The translations under genes were made by a program, and so were the position numbers. DNA of 64,000 nt. Origin: Dendrobates tinctorius. Lineage: Eukaryota. The stretch spans positions 1,302,001 to 1,366,000 of the forward strand of contig NW_027361957.1 of assembly GCF_039654945.1 (NCBI RefSeq), given 5' to 3'. The notes under the pieces are model-generated. The model had not been told where the DNA came from. It saw only the letters and a program-made list of their open reading frames with translations, and did not search any database. Shown in pieces: positions 41,701 to 55,440 of this stretch. How positions within the stretch are numbered: the first letter of the stretch is position 1; every line of letters starts with the position of its first letter.

Positions 41701-44355
41701 AGATCCGAGAATACCACGTTGATGAAATTCTGAAATATGGCAGGGGCGTTGGTAAGACCAAACGGCATGACTAAATTTTCAAATAGTCCCTCGGTCGTGA
41801 GGAACGCGGTTTTCCATTCATCCCCCTCCCGGACCCTTATCAAATTATATGCCCCCGAAGGTCCAGTTTAGAAAACCACTTTGCCCCTGATAGTTGGTTA
41901 CATAAATCGGTAATCAACGGAAGGGGGTACGTATTCCGTATAGTAATTTCATTAAGCTCCCGGAAGTCGAGACAGGGACATAACCCGCCATCTTTTTTCT
42001 TTACAAAAAAGAAACCTGCCGCAACAGGTGAGACTGAAGGACGTATGTGTCCTTTGCGCAGACTTTCAGTAATGTACTCCTTCATAGCCAAGCGCTCAGG
42101 ACCAGACAAATTAAACAGACGGGCTTTGGGTAATTTAGCCCCCGGGACCAGCTCAATAGCGCAGTCAAAGGGTCTATGTGGCGGTAACGTCTCGGCCTCG
42201 CTTTCGGAGAATACATCTTCGAAGTCCTTCAGGCATTCCGGAATACCTTCCAGCTCGACAGATGATACAGACACAGATTTAACTGGTTCAACCAGCAGTG
42301 CGGATTTATCACATAACTCAAAATCATTAAACCCCCATTGAACAATCTCCCCCGTTTTCCAGTTAATAACTGGGTTATGGCGTTGTAACCAGGGCATGCC
42401 CAACACCAACCCTGCAGGTAGATTGTCCAGCACAAAACAACTTATGTTTTCCACATGAATAGCGCCCACTCTGAGCGAAAACACATCAGACATAAAGCGA
42501 ATTCCCTCCTTAGTGAGGGGAGATGAGTCAATGGCCATCACCTTGATCGGAACCTTGAGCCTAACTGTCCCTATCTTGCAGTGTGTGACCAATTGGGAGT
42601 CAATGAGGTTAATAGATGATCCGCAGTCGATGAAGGCTGTAGAGGAAAAAGAACTACCGTCCACAAATAGTTCCACAGGCAGTAATACTTTAGAAAACGA
42701 GGAAAATGGTACCTGAGGGTCTGAGCAGCCTCCCCGTTGACTACCCAGACCTAGTCGTTTCCCGCCGACCGGGTTTGAAGACGGGCAATTCGGGCACTCC
42801 CTTTTCCAATGTCCCGTTTTAGCGCAGTAAAAGCATAGCTGCTTGTCCTTCCGGCGTTTCCTCTCTGTATCCTTCAGGGAGAGGGCGCCTACATCCATGG
42901 GCTCAGGGGCAGTCTCTTTTCCACTGGGGAATAATGGAGTATCCACCTGCATCACCCCTCTGGCCCGCAGTCTGCGGTCCATCCGGACGGCCTGGGTCAT
43001 GGCGTCCTCGAGAGAGTTAGGTGGGGGATGTAACGCCAAGGCATCCTGCAGCCGCTCGGACAAGCCTCTGCGAAAGAGTCCGCGGAGTGCGGCGTCGCTC
43101 CAAGAGACCTCTGCCGCCCAGCGGCGGAACTCAGAACAAAACCACTCAGCTGAATGTTTCCCCTGACAGACACTCATCAACATGTCCTCTGCCAATCGCA
43201 CTCGGTCAGGTTCATCATAAATGTGCCCAAGGGCCTCAAAGAATGCGTTCACTGACATACGTTCAGGAGCAGAGGAAGACAGAGAGAAAGCCCATGCTTG
43301 CGGAGCCCCCGAAGTAGGGAAATAATGACCCCCACCCTCTGGAACTCATCCCCGGAGGAGCGGGGCCTTAGAGAAAAAAAAAGCTTGCATCCTTCTCTGA
43401 AAGACCTGAACTCCTTTTTGTCCCCTGAGAAAAAGTCTGGCAATTTGACCGGAGATTCGGGGGACGCTAATGACACATCCCTACCCCCAGAACTAGAAGC
43501 CCCTGCATCGACAGCCTCCTGCACAGTAACCACCAACTGTTGCTGGGTCTGGGCCATCGTGCGTTGTTCCACATTGAGCTTATGGAACATTTGGGTCAGG
43601 TGCTTGACCTGATCAGACAAGGCTTGTATGGGATCCATGAGGATAACACACACCTTTTTTTTTTTTTTTTTTCTTCAGAAAAAAAAAAAAAAACTGAAAT
43701 GGTCAGTTATAATGTCAAAGACACCGCACTACACTTGCTCATAGAGCCAGTGCACGTGTCCTGAGTACAGAAGCAGTGCTAAGAGTTACCTGGGGAGCAG
43801 GGCAGCAGAGGTGACAAAGCGTGCTTCAAGCTAATAGTGTCAGGGTCCAGAGAACTCAGATTATGGCAAAGTAGAAGTCATGCACAGTACAGACCAGCGA
43901 GGTACAGGAGAGATAAACAGATGGGAGGTCAGACAAAGCCAAAGGTCATACACAGGATCACAGTACAGTACCAGGGAGGAGACAGAGCGGATAATAAGGG
44001 CCAAGCAGAGATCAAAACCAAACAGACATATAAGGTACCAGGCAGAATCCAAAGCGATATCCAGGGAACAGACCGAGTCATACACAGACAAACAAGTAAC
44101 CAGAACACAGCACTAACACACTCAGGGGTCACCACACAATGCCAAGGGCGAAAGTATAACTGACAGGGATGGGAGCGTCCTGAGGCTATAAGAAGCCTCC
44201 CCCAGAACCAGGGAGAGGCCACAATCACAGCCCCAGGTGTGCAGGTAAGCCTGCACCAGGATCACAACCTTTAACCCCAGAAATGCCAGTCATCAGCACT
44301 GGTTCCAAACATTAACCCCACGTGTGCGAGTCAAACCCGCACTGAGATCATGACA
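38773..44355 (-). mobile_element. Inner Gypsy chromovirus; LTRs 38773-39414 and 43713-44355
   Basis: TG..CA LTRs of ~642 bp; TSD CTTCG; PPT GAGAGGGGGGTAC. Confidence 0.96.
39426..43638 (-). pseudogene. Inner Gypsy gag-pol, near-intact (frameshifts at ~43305 and ~41850)
   Basis: MDPIQALSDQV.., CFYCAKTGHWKREC, FIDCGS, YLDD, integrase, GPY, chromodomain YEVGHIVDSR..YLVHWKGY. Confidence 0.93.
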
Positions 44356-45227
44356 CTTCGGCTCTGCACCGATACCTGCAGATGCCGTTTGCACCTTCGC
44401 TACTACCAGGCCCTGCTGCTGAACTGCCCCTTTCAACTCGGAGACCTGTAAGGACAGCGCCGCCAACTGGCGGGTTATGGAATCTAATGGATCCATGGAC
44501 TCCTGAAAAAATGTGGGCCGATTATAATGTCACGTGGGGCTTAGTCCCACTAAGGCTGTAATACTCGGGGGCCCTGTGATGTCCCTATAACTAGGGAAAA
44601 CCCTGTCTGACCCTCAACCCAGGGTTTTTGCTGATGGTGTAAATGCCTGAGCCTCCAACCTTTCCTTGTCTCCTGCTCAGCCCTGCACTTAACCCTCCAC
44701 CCTCCACCCAGTGAGGAGACACACCACCAAAGCCCCCACACAAATAAAGACAGACAGGGAGAACTTAAACTGCGCTGCGCCACACACACACAGGAATATG
44801 AACAGTAATGTGAACAAAGCACAACTAAGCACAAATATGGGAAGGAGAAAAGATAACGACGGATCATACGACACCAGATACAAATCTCTCTCTGCAACAC
44901 CTCCACTCCAGACCGGAACCACTTGGTATGAAACACAAGCTATAATCGGCGACTCCCATAGGCCAGCATGACTATTTAAAGACCATGGGCGTGACTAACC
45001 ATCCAACCTGGTCTCCAGCAGGATTAACCCCCGAGAGCCTGAAGATCAGGCAGGCGCCACTGAGGCTATAGTGGCTGGAGGTGGAACTACCTCTGCCTGC
45101 CGGACGCTGTGGTGTGAACAGCGTCCGACATGACACCACCTTAGAAGTCTCCAGTGCTTTCTCTCAAACCATTTTCTGTGCTTTTTGAAGTGTATTTTGG
45201 GTCATTGTCCTGCTGGAAGACCCATTA

Positions 45228-46007
<780 letters not shown>

Positions 46008-47854
46008 TCAACTGGCTGCAAGTGTGATTTAGTTATTGCCAACACCTGTTAGGTGCCACAGGTAAGTTACAGGTGCTGTTAATGAAACAAATTAGAGAAG
46101 CATCACATGATTTTTCGAACAGTGCCAATACTTTTGTCCACCCTCTTTTATGTTTGGTGTGGAATTATATCCAATTTGGCTTTATGACAATTCTTTTTGT
46201 GTTTTTTTCATTTAAGACAAATTAAATGAAGATAATAATACCAAAGAATTTGTGTTTGCAATCATTTTCAGGAAGAAACTGAGTACTATCTGACAAAATT
46301 GCAGGGGTGTCAATACTTTTGGCCACAACTGTAAGTGGAAATTTCGCAAACAAATGTATTGCAATAGTGGCATCCTGTTACATATTATGTCAAATTCAGT
46401 GAGCACATTAGAATGAGCCATTCTATCACATGTTTTTGTAAAGGCAGACTCTTGGATAGGGGCTTGTTTTGATAAGCCAGTAGCAATGGGAATAAATATC
46501 AATAGTTTACTGATTTGTCCCAATATTTTGTACATATAGTATTCAGTGTGTCATACAAATAAGTGTAACATTAAGACCTTTTCTTACACTGCCTTGTTGC
46601 TTTGTTTGTACATTTATCCACCACTGTCTGCAGAGGCATAGCTATCTTTTCTTCACAAACATTTAGTTCAGCGCACCTCTTCATTTCAATCCCAGAAAAT
46701 GCTGTTTAATGGAATGGTTGTGTGTATGCATTCAAACTATTCCACTCAAATAGGATACAAGAGACCACCATTGTTTTGACTAGTGGGGATCCTAGAGGTT
46801 GGACCTTCAGGTATCACTGATTTTTTTTAAGCTAAATGCACTCATGTACTGTTTTCTTACTGTGACTGCACTCATAGACTTTGTATACTTTCCCGTTACT
46901 TACTCTGATACTTCCCTTTGCTATTAGTTTCTGCCTAACCACATCTCTTCAAGGTCTCTCACTAGACTTCACACCTAAGGATACACCAGCCTATCAAGTT
47001 CTCTGGTATTGACAATCAAAATCTCGTCATCTCCTTCTTCAGTTATTTAATAACACATAGATGAGGAGAAACAAGTGCATAGTTCAACATACTCAGAAAG
47101 CTCAAATCTCCTCTTGTCTTTCGAGCCCCAAATAAAAAAGGAAGGAAGAGTCAGTGATCGTAAGTGAGGGCAGGGTAGGTGCAGCCAATGTCTGTGCTTC
47201 ACTAGTTAATATGGTAACAACCTGGACGACTGATAAATGTCACTATATGACCAGCAAGCCTACATATCACTGATTATGAAGCATGCTAATGTTAGCTGCT
47301 TTAATTAAATACTGTTTTTATTTGAAAATATTAAATGTATTAAAGTACTTTACTTAAACTTTTATGGCAATTTCCTTAAGGCATATTGAAAATGATTTAA
47401 TATTCTGCATTAACTGAAGTATCAATCTGTTCTCAAAAGATGTGTCCACTAAAGGTCAGAACGAGAAGTTGTTACCAATAGAATGTTTCTAATTTCTATG
47501 ATAAATTATTAGAAGAAGTCTACAGAAGAATCTGTAAAATATCAGTGCATTCAATGATTTTAGAATAGCATCACCTCTTTCCTAGTCTTTGCATGTCTCC
47601 AATTTGGGGATTATAGATGGAAAAGCTTTAACAACCGCTCTTGGGATTTGACAGAGAAGATGACCTATAGCACATTTTTCTATCCAGTAAGGTTACATTA
47701 TCTCTTTATTGACTTTTCAAAGTCTTGACTCTTCTTTTGCCGAAGCCTAAAATATGTATTTAGGAAAAGGTACTGTATGTAGTGTGGTGAAGAATGAAAA
47801 TGTTTTGCAAAAAAAGCTTACACTATTGGGTTGAATTGAAATAATGCTTACAAC

Positions 47855-50800
47855 TAGTGTTGAGCATTCCGATACCGCAAGTATCGGGTATCGGCCGATA
47901 CTTGCTGTATCGGAATTCCGATACCGACTTCCGATATTTTTTCAATATCGGAATTCGGCATCGGAATCGGAAGTTCAGTTGATTGACGGCCTGACGTCAT
48001 CATGATGCGCGGTGTGTGCGCATCATGATGCGCCGTCATTTCGGGCCTTCCGGGGGTCTCTGCCGGCCTGCCGGGGGGCTGTGCTGGCCTGCCGGGGGGC
48101 TGTGTGGACTGCCCGGGGTCTGTACCGGCCTGCCGGGGGGCTGTGCCGGCCTGCCGGTGGTCTGTGCACCCTGTGGGGGTCTGTACCGGCCTGCCGGGGG
48201 GCTGTGCCGGCCTGCCGGGGGGCTGTGCTGATGTCCGGGGGTCTGTGCAAGCATCGTCCGATGGGACTACAAGTCCCATCGGGCGATGCCTGCTACCATG
48301 ACAGTGATTGACACATTAGCCAATGATGGGACAGTAGTAGTCCCATCATCCGGCTAATGTGTTAAATGTTAAAAAAAAAAAAAAAAAATACTACATACAT
48401 ACTACATGCATGCTACATACATACTACATGCTACATACATACTACATATATACTACATACATACTACATACATGCTACATACATACTACATGCATGCTAC
48501 ATACATACTACATGCTACATACATACTACATGCATGCTACATACATACTACATATATACTACATACATGCTACATACATACTGCATGCTACATACATACT
48601 ACATACATACTACATACATACTACATGCATGCTACATACATACTACATATATACTACATGCATGCTACATACATACTACATGCTACATACATACTACATA
48701 TATACTACATACATACTACATACATGCTACATACATACTGCATGCTACATACATACTACATACATACTACATACATACTACATGCATGCTACATACATAC
48801 TACATGCTACATACATACCACATACATACTACATACATACTACATACATACTACATGCTACATACATACTACATATATACTACATACATGCTACATACAT
48901 ACTACATGCTACATACATACCACATACATACTACATACATGCTACATATATACTACATGCATGCTACATACATTCATACAATACATACATAGACATACAG
49001 TACATATAACATAGAGTAACATACTTACCAATACTTGTCACATTGTTCCCCGAAGCCATTGTCTTTTCCGGAATAAATATTAACATAACAAACCACAAAA
49101 ATACTCATCCGAAGCAGTCCACGAGTGTGTCCCATGACGATCTTGGGTAGAGAACTGCAGCATCAGAATTTCCCACACAGCAATGGCATAAAGTGAGACT
49201 AGGGACTTTTTTTTTTTAAGTGGCGGAGGAATACAGTGCGGAAGGATACCTACCTTCCGTCATTGGATTCCTGCAGCCCGTAGAGAACGGCAGCAACAGC
49301 TGATGCTGCAGTTCTCTACCCAAGATCGTCGTGGGACACACTCGTGGACTGCTTCGGATCGTGGGTGAGTATTTTTGTGGTTTGTTATGTTAATATTTAT
49401 TCCGGAAAAGACAATGGCTTCGGGGAACAATGTGACAAGTATTGGTAAGTATGTTACTCTATGTTATATGTACTGTATGTCTATGTATGTATTGTATGAA
49501 TGTATTGTATGTATGTAGTATATATGTGGTATGTATGTAGCATGTAGTATGTATGTAGTATGTATGTAGCATGCATGTAGCATGTAGTATGTATGTAGCA
49601 TGCATGTAGTATATATGTAGTATGTATGTAGCATGCATGTAGTATATATGTAGCATGTATGTAGTATGTATGTGGTATGTATGTAGCATGTAGTATGTAT
49701 GTAGCATGTATGTAGTATATATGTAGTATGTATGTAGCATGTAGTATGTATGTAGTATGTATGTGCTATGTATGTAGCATGTAGTATGTATGTAGCATGC
49801 ATGTAGTATATATGTAGTATGTATGTAGCATGTAGTATGTATGCAGTATGTATGTAGTATGTATGTGGTATGTATGTAGCATGTAGTATGTATGTAGCAT
49901 GCATGTAGTATATATGTAGTATGTAGTATGTATGTAGTATGTATGTGGTATGTATGTAGCATGTAGTATGTATGTAGCATGCATGTAGCACGCATGTAGT
50001 ATGTATGTAGCATGCATGTAGTATGTATGTAGCATGCATGTAGTATGTATGTAGTATGTATGTAGTATGTATATAGCATGCAGTATGTATGTAGCATGTA
50101 TGTAGTATGTATGTAGTATATATGTAGTATGTATGTAGCATGTAGTATGTATGTAGCATGCATGTAGTATATATGTAGTATGTATGTAGCATGCATGTAG
50201 TATGTATGTAGTATGTATGTAGTATGTATGTAGCATGCAGTATGTAGTATATATGTAGTATGTATGTAGCATGCATGTAGTATGTATGTAGCATGTAGTA
50301 TGTATGTAGCATGCATGTAGTATGCATGTAGCATGTATGTAGTATGTATGTAGTATATATGTAGTATGTATGTAGCATGTAATATGTATGTAGCATGCAT
50401 GTAGTATGTATGTAGTATTTTTTTTTTTATTTTTTTTTTTAACATTTAACACATTAGCCGGATGATGGGACTACTACTGTCCCATCATTGGCTAATGTGT
50501 CAATCACTGTCATGGTAGCAGGCATCGCCCGATGGGACTTGTAGTCCCATCGGACGATGCCTGCACAGACCCCCGGAGCCTGCACAGCCCCCCGGCAGGC
50601 CGGCACAGCCCCCCGGAGCCTGCACAGCCCCCCGGCAGGCCGGCACAGCCCCCCGGCAGGCCAGCACAGCCCCCCGGCAGGCCGGCACAGCCCCCCGGAG
50701 CCTGCACAGACCACCGGCAGGCCGGCACAGACCACCGGAGCCTGCACAGACCCCCTGGCAGGCCGGCACAGCCCCCCGAAAGGCCCGTACAGACCCCAGA

Positions 50801-50970
50801 GAGGCTGTACAAGGGCAGGAAAGGGTTTTTCTTATTCCGATACCGGAAGTCCCATAGACTTGAATGGGACTTCCGGTATCGGAATCGGCGATACCGATAC
50901 TTTTTTTAAAGATCGGCCGATACCATCCGATACGATACTTTGAAGTATCGGACGGTATCGCTCAACTCTA
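47855..50970. mobile_element. Non-autonomous hAT element with a giant internal inverted repeat (copy 2)
   Basis: Same ends as copy 1; 8-bp TSD CTTACAAC; satellites at ~48388-48995 and ~49475-50417; 128-bp deletion beside the centre. Confidence 0.93.
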
Positions 50971-51944
50971 CTTACAACGTGTCTCGATACAACAGTGCGC
51001 AAAGGTTAGGTAAATCCTTTCTCATACTTACTATGTTACATAAGTACATTGGTCCTGCGATGTGCATACAAATCAAATATTTTACATTTTACACCTTTTA
51101 ACTCTTGAGTAGCAATATGGGTCATATTTTATAGGGTGCCAAAAGACAAATTTCGAAGCAGTTGAAATGCTGTATGTCAGCTTTATGTGGTGAACTACAC
51201 GTCACACTATATTTGGCTTTTTTTTTTTTTTGCTTTGTCTTTCATGACCTTCCAATATGAATCTAATCTAATCCAAGACTAGCCCTTATGAGCATTTGCC
51301 ATTTTTACCTGTAATTATGCCAGCTTTAAATGTAGTGAAATTACTTTATAATTTCACACTATTTCTGATTTTTACAGCAGCTGAATATCCCTTTGTACAC
51401 ATTCATCTTATTTGACTATAATTGCTCTATATAACCTAATGATTATTGTCTTTGGGTTAGCAATGTACTATTGTATAGGAACTCATCAGTGAGGTGGAAA
51501 ATTTGAGGAATGAGAAGAAGCTCTCCATTGTACATCAGTGAGTTTCCTGTGTCATAGCTTTACTTGTTATCATTTATTTGGGTGGCATTACATTATTTTC
51601 TCTTTAACTATGTATTCTGTAAACATTAAAGTAGTTTAAATGAACAAAATCAGTAAGTTTTTTATTCTACCAGAGTTAACTTCTTTTAAGAGCATAAACA
51701 CAAAAACAAAGGAAAAGGTTTAATAAACCAGATCACTGTTTTGGCTCAAGGTGTGTAGAGGCATAGAGCAGTATTGTGACCAAACGCAATTAATCGAGAG
51801 AAAAAAAGAAAGGGTTAATTTCAGCTCCTTTTAACAAGTAATACTTTAACTCCTAAACCATTTCACAACCTTGCAATTTTTCATTTTTGCACTTTTGTTT
51901 TGTGCTCCCCTTCTTCCCAGAGCCATAACTTTTTTTTTCTTCTA

Positions 51945-54150
51945 CAAGCCATTAACCCTCAGACACTTCCTGACTCCGTACGCTCATCACTGTCCGCAGT
52001 CTCCTCTTTGACCTGTCCTGAACTGGCTGTAAATCACTATAATGACACCCTCAAAAGCACCCTGGACCAAGTAGCGCCCCTCACCCTCGATTACTTCAGC
52101 AATGCTCTTGGAGTGCCGAACGCCTATGGAGGAAAACTCGCACACCAGAGAATTTTAACCATTATAAAGTCATGCTAAGATCCTGTAATTCGGCACTTCA
52201 CCTCGCCAAACAGACCTACTTCACCACCCTGATATTCTCACTATCAAACAACCCAAAAAAACTTTTTGACACCTTTCACTCCCTCCTCAGTCCAAAAGCA
52301 CAGGCCCCTATCATAGACATCTGTGCTGATGATATGGCCTCCAATTTTACTGAGAAATTAGAAAACATCCATCAGTAAATCTGTTCCCAGCCACCAAGTG
52401 CTGTAACTCTAATCCCTCTCCACATCTCCTCTGGCTCACTCTCTATATTTGACCCCATCACAGAAGAAGTCTCCAGATGCCTCTCTTCTTCTTTTACTAC
52501 TACATACACCACTGACCCCATTCCCTCACACCTTCTCCAGTCTTTCTCTCCAGTCGTTAGTACTCAACTAACTAAAATATTCAATATCTCTCTCTTCTCC
52601 TATCTTCCCCTTCTCCTTCAAACACTCGATCATTACTCCATTGCTAAAAAAAACCCTCTCTCAACCCATCCTGCCCAAATAACTACAGAACTGTCTCTTG
52701 GAGCACCTGGGATACTCCCACCTTACATGTTACTTCTTCACTCACTCCCTCTTAGATCCATCACAGTCTGGCTCCCGCCCCCTTCTTTCCATGGAAACTG
52801 CACTCATCAAAAAGATCAATAACCTTTTGACAGCAAAACATAATGGTGACCACTCTCTGCTCATTTTTCTCGACCTCTCTGCAGTTTTTAACACTAGTAA
52901 CCACTATTTCCTACTCTCTATGCTCCAATCAATAGGCATAAAGGATACTTCTCTATCCTGGGTCTCTTCCTATCTTTCTGATAGCTCCTTCAGTGTATCG
53001 TTCACTTTGTCTCCACTTCCTTTCACTATTGGGGTGCCTCAGGGTTCAGTCCTGGGACCTCTTCTCTTCTCTCTCTACATGACTCCAATTGGACAGACTG
53101 TCAGCAAATTTGACTTTCAGTACCATCTTTATGCTGATGACCCACAACTTTACACTTCATCCCCTGACCTTACCCCTACTGTACTACAGAACACCAGTGA
53201 CTGTCCGCAGTTTCCAAGATCATGTCTGCTCTCTAACTTGAAACTCAACCTTTCCAAAACTGAACGTCTTCGGCTCTTGTCTTCTACTAATCTCCCAAAA
53301 TGTGACATCTCCCTCTGTGTGGGTGGCACCATAGTAATGCCTAGGCAGCAAGTGTGCTGTCTAGGTGTTATGTTTGATACCAACCTTTCCTTCTCCTCCT
53401 ATATACAATCTCTTGCCCTCTCTTGTTGCTTGCACCTGAAAAACATCTGTAGAACCTGCCCCTTTCTCACCATAGAAACAACAAAAGCCTTCACTGTCGA
53501 CTTAATCCACTCTCGCCTTGAATACTGTAATTATCTTTTAATTGGCTGCCCCTCACTCGACTTTTTGATCTTCAGTCCATCCTTAATGCAGCAGCCAGAG
53601 TCATCTATGTGGCTAATTGGTACTCTGAGGCCTCCAGTCTTTGCTAGTCATTGCAATAACTGCCCATACATTTTAGGATCCAATTTAAACTGCTTATTCT
53701 CACTGACAAAGTCCTCCACAGTGCAGCACCCCCTATATCCCCTCCCTCATTTCTGTTTATCAGCCTACCGCTTGTTACACTTTGCAAGCGACCTTCGACT
53801 AACATCCGCACTACTCCGTACCTCCCACTCCCAGCTCCAAGACTTCTCCCGAGTTGCAGCAATCCTATGGAATGCTCTAGAAATTAGGACCAACCACAAC
53901 TTACACAGTTTTAGGCATTCCTCAAAACACATCTGTTTAGGGTGGCCAATCACGCTCCTTAATCAAAGTCCTTTAATTTATAGACCATTCACTATTTCTC
54001 TGAACATAACTCTCCATCAAACTCCATCGCTCCCAAAATCATTACAAAATTTGGCTGGTGTCTAGCTCATGCAGCCTTTATCTACCCCAATTTCCTCAAG
54101 ATGGATGGACCATCATTGTAAATAAGTACCTGTACTTTGTGTCACCCGAC
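51945..54150 (+). mobile_element. L2 (CR1/L2 clade) LINE, 5'-truncated, degraded ORF2
   Basis: LDLSAVF, GVPQGSVLGPLLFSLY, YHLYADD, LKLNLSKTE, SRLEYCN. Confidence 0.9.
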
Positions 54151-54189
54151 ACAGAGACAACTAAATGCTGCACTGAGACAACTGAATCC

Positions 54190-55065
54190 TGAGCTAAGAC
54201 AACAAAGTGGATTTGGTTGTTGACTGTTGTGTGTGCAACTGCTGATTGTGGGCAGGAGGCATCAGTGCCTGCTTCATGGTCAGCAGTTTGGGAAGGCTGT
54301 AATACAGGGGAAGGGGCATTGGTTTAACCCTCAGACACTTATTTGGTACCCAGGTGTTCCATCGACCTACTGGGGTGCTTGGCTGTCATGTGCTTTTACA
54401 TGCTGGTGGTGCTCAGTTTGGCAGTGTTCTTGCCTCTTTTTGTCTTGGTTTGACAGATGCTGCAAATTACAGTTGTTTCATCTGAAGGACTTTCAGAAAA
54501 AAACTGCTATACAGGGGAATGACGCACCCTTGACCTGTTATCTAGCCGATTGGGGGGGCTCTGTGGAACAGTTGAACAAATTATACCTCTGGGCAAACTA
54601 CTACCTATTCTTGCCTGTTTTCTTGCTATGGATCCATCTGTCTCTGCATTGCTGTGCTTGCTGGGCATGCCACCATGCCAGGTTGGATCAGTGGCCTCAT
54701 CTTCGACCATGTCATCTTCCAATTTCTCAATCGAATCAATCTTTTGAGCTGTGATTTTAGGCTGACCTGATGGCATCTGTGCCTCATGAATATCCTTCAC
54801 CTCTTCAGATATCAATTGACCTTCCCCAATGTGCCTTTCACCTGGCCGTGGGTGCTCAAGTGTTTGGGCATTACTGCACTCCACTTCCTCGTGACCCTCT
54901 TTAATGGTGCACGTTGAGGCCTGACAAATTACAAGTGAACGTAAACAGTTCCCCAGAGTGACCAGTATTGGGGTCATATGTCCCCTGGGACTCTTGATGG
55001 TGGGAGGAAGAAGGACCAGGTTGAGGATTCAGAAGCCCAGCACCTTGGCTACTGAGACTGGACTG
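54190..55065 (-). pseudogene. Degraded hAT/ZBED transposase N-terminal fragment
   Basis: EDEATDPTW motif; BED finger remnant V*QFF..VICSICQTKTKRGKN..SM*KHMTAKH. Confidence 0.7.
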
Positions 55066-55071
55066 TGTGTA

Positions 55072-55155
55072 AGCCAAACCAGAATCTCAATTTGCAGACA
55101 CTATGTTTCGGGGTACTACCCCTCATTAGTGAAAAGTGTGAGATCTGGTTTGGCT
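55072..55155 (-). ncRNA. Type I hammerhead ribozyme (core variant CUAAUGA)
   Basis: UUUUCA-CUAAUGA-GGGG(uagua)CCCC-GAAA-CA(uag)UG-UC/UGCAAA, with stem I extended by AGCCAAACCAGA/UCUGGUUUGGCU. Confidence 0.75.
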
Positions 55156-55304
55156 GTGTGAGAGACGTCTGAACAATATGAAAGAAGTATCATTTCTCCT
55201 TGCGGAGATTGACATGCTAAGCATTAAGATTCTGGTTTGGATTTTATCCTAAGTTATGTGACAAAGCTGGATAAAGGGTCGACATTGACTTTTAGTATTG
55301 CTAC

Positions 55305-55440
55305 TTCCAATAGGTGGCACTAGAGTTCTAGTCTTCTTCCTCTCTAAAGAGACAATTTACATATTTCCCAGTGGAGCATTGCGGTTTTAAGTCTCCTCAT
55401 CTCGGCATGCTTAGCATGTCAATCTCCGCAAGGAGAAACA
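55305..55440 (+). promoter_or_regulatory. CTCF-like site, then octamer-like and SPH/Staf-like motifs (snRNA-type distal element)
   Basis: CCAATAGGTGGCACTAG (55307-55323); ATTTACAT (55355-55362) directly followed by TTCCCAGTGGAGCATTGCGG. Confidence 0.5.

Larger units (their letters stand above)
38057..44496 (-). pseudogene. Outer Gypsy gag, split by the inner element (44496-44356 plus 38767-38057)
   Basis: MDPLDSITRQL..GAEPK|FPLPERFSGDR..; CCHC knuckle CFYCGKRGHYINVC. Confidence 0.9.
34135..45135 (-). mobile_element. Outer Gypsy chromovirus (sushi/Tf1 group); LTRs 34135-34740 and 44528-45135
   Basis: TG..CA LTRs of ~606 bp; TSD CCACC; PPT next to 34741; gag-pro-RT-RNaseH-IN-chromo order. Confidence 0.96.

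Noticed and set aside
39426-43653. Domesticated sushi-derived gene (PEG10/RTL-like)
   Set aside because: Flanked by near-identical LTRs and a TSD, and frameshifted: a recent retrotransposon copy
46904-46975. Minus-strand AG..GTAAGT exon-like segment
   Set aside because: Stop codons in all three frames
51479-51537. Possible plus-strand exon (ELISEVENLRNEKKLSIVH, donor GTGAGT)
   Set aside because: Weak acceptor, no partner exons found, and opposite strand to the better-supported exon chain
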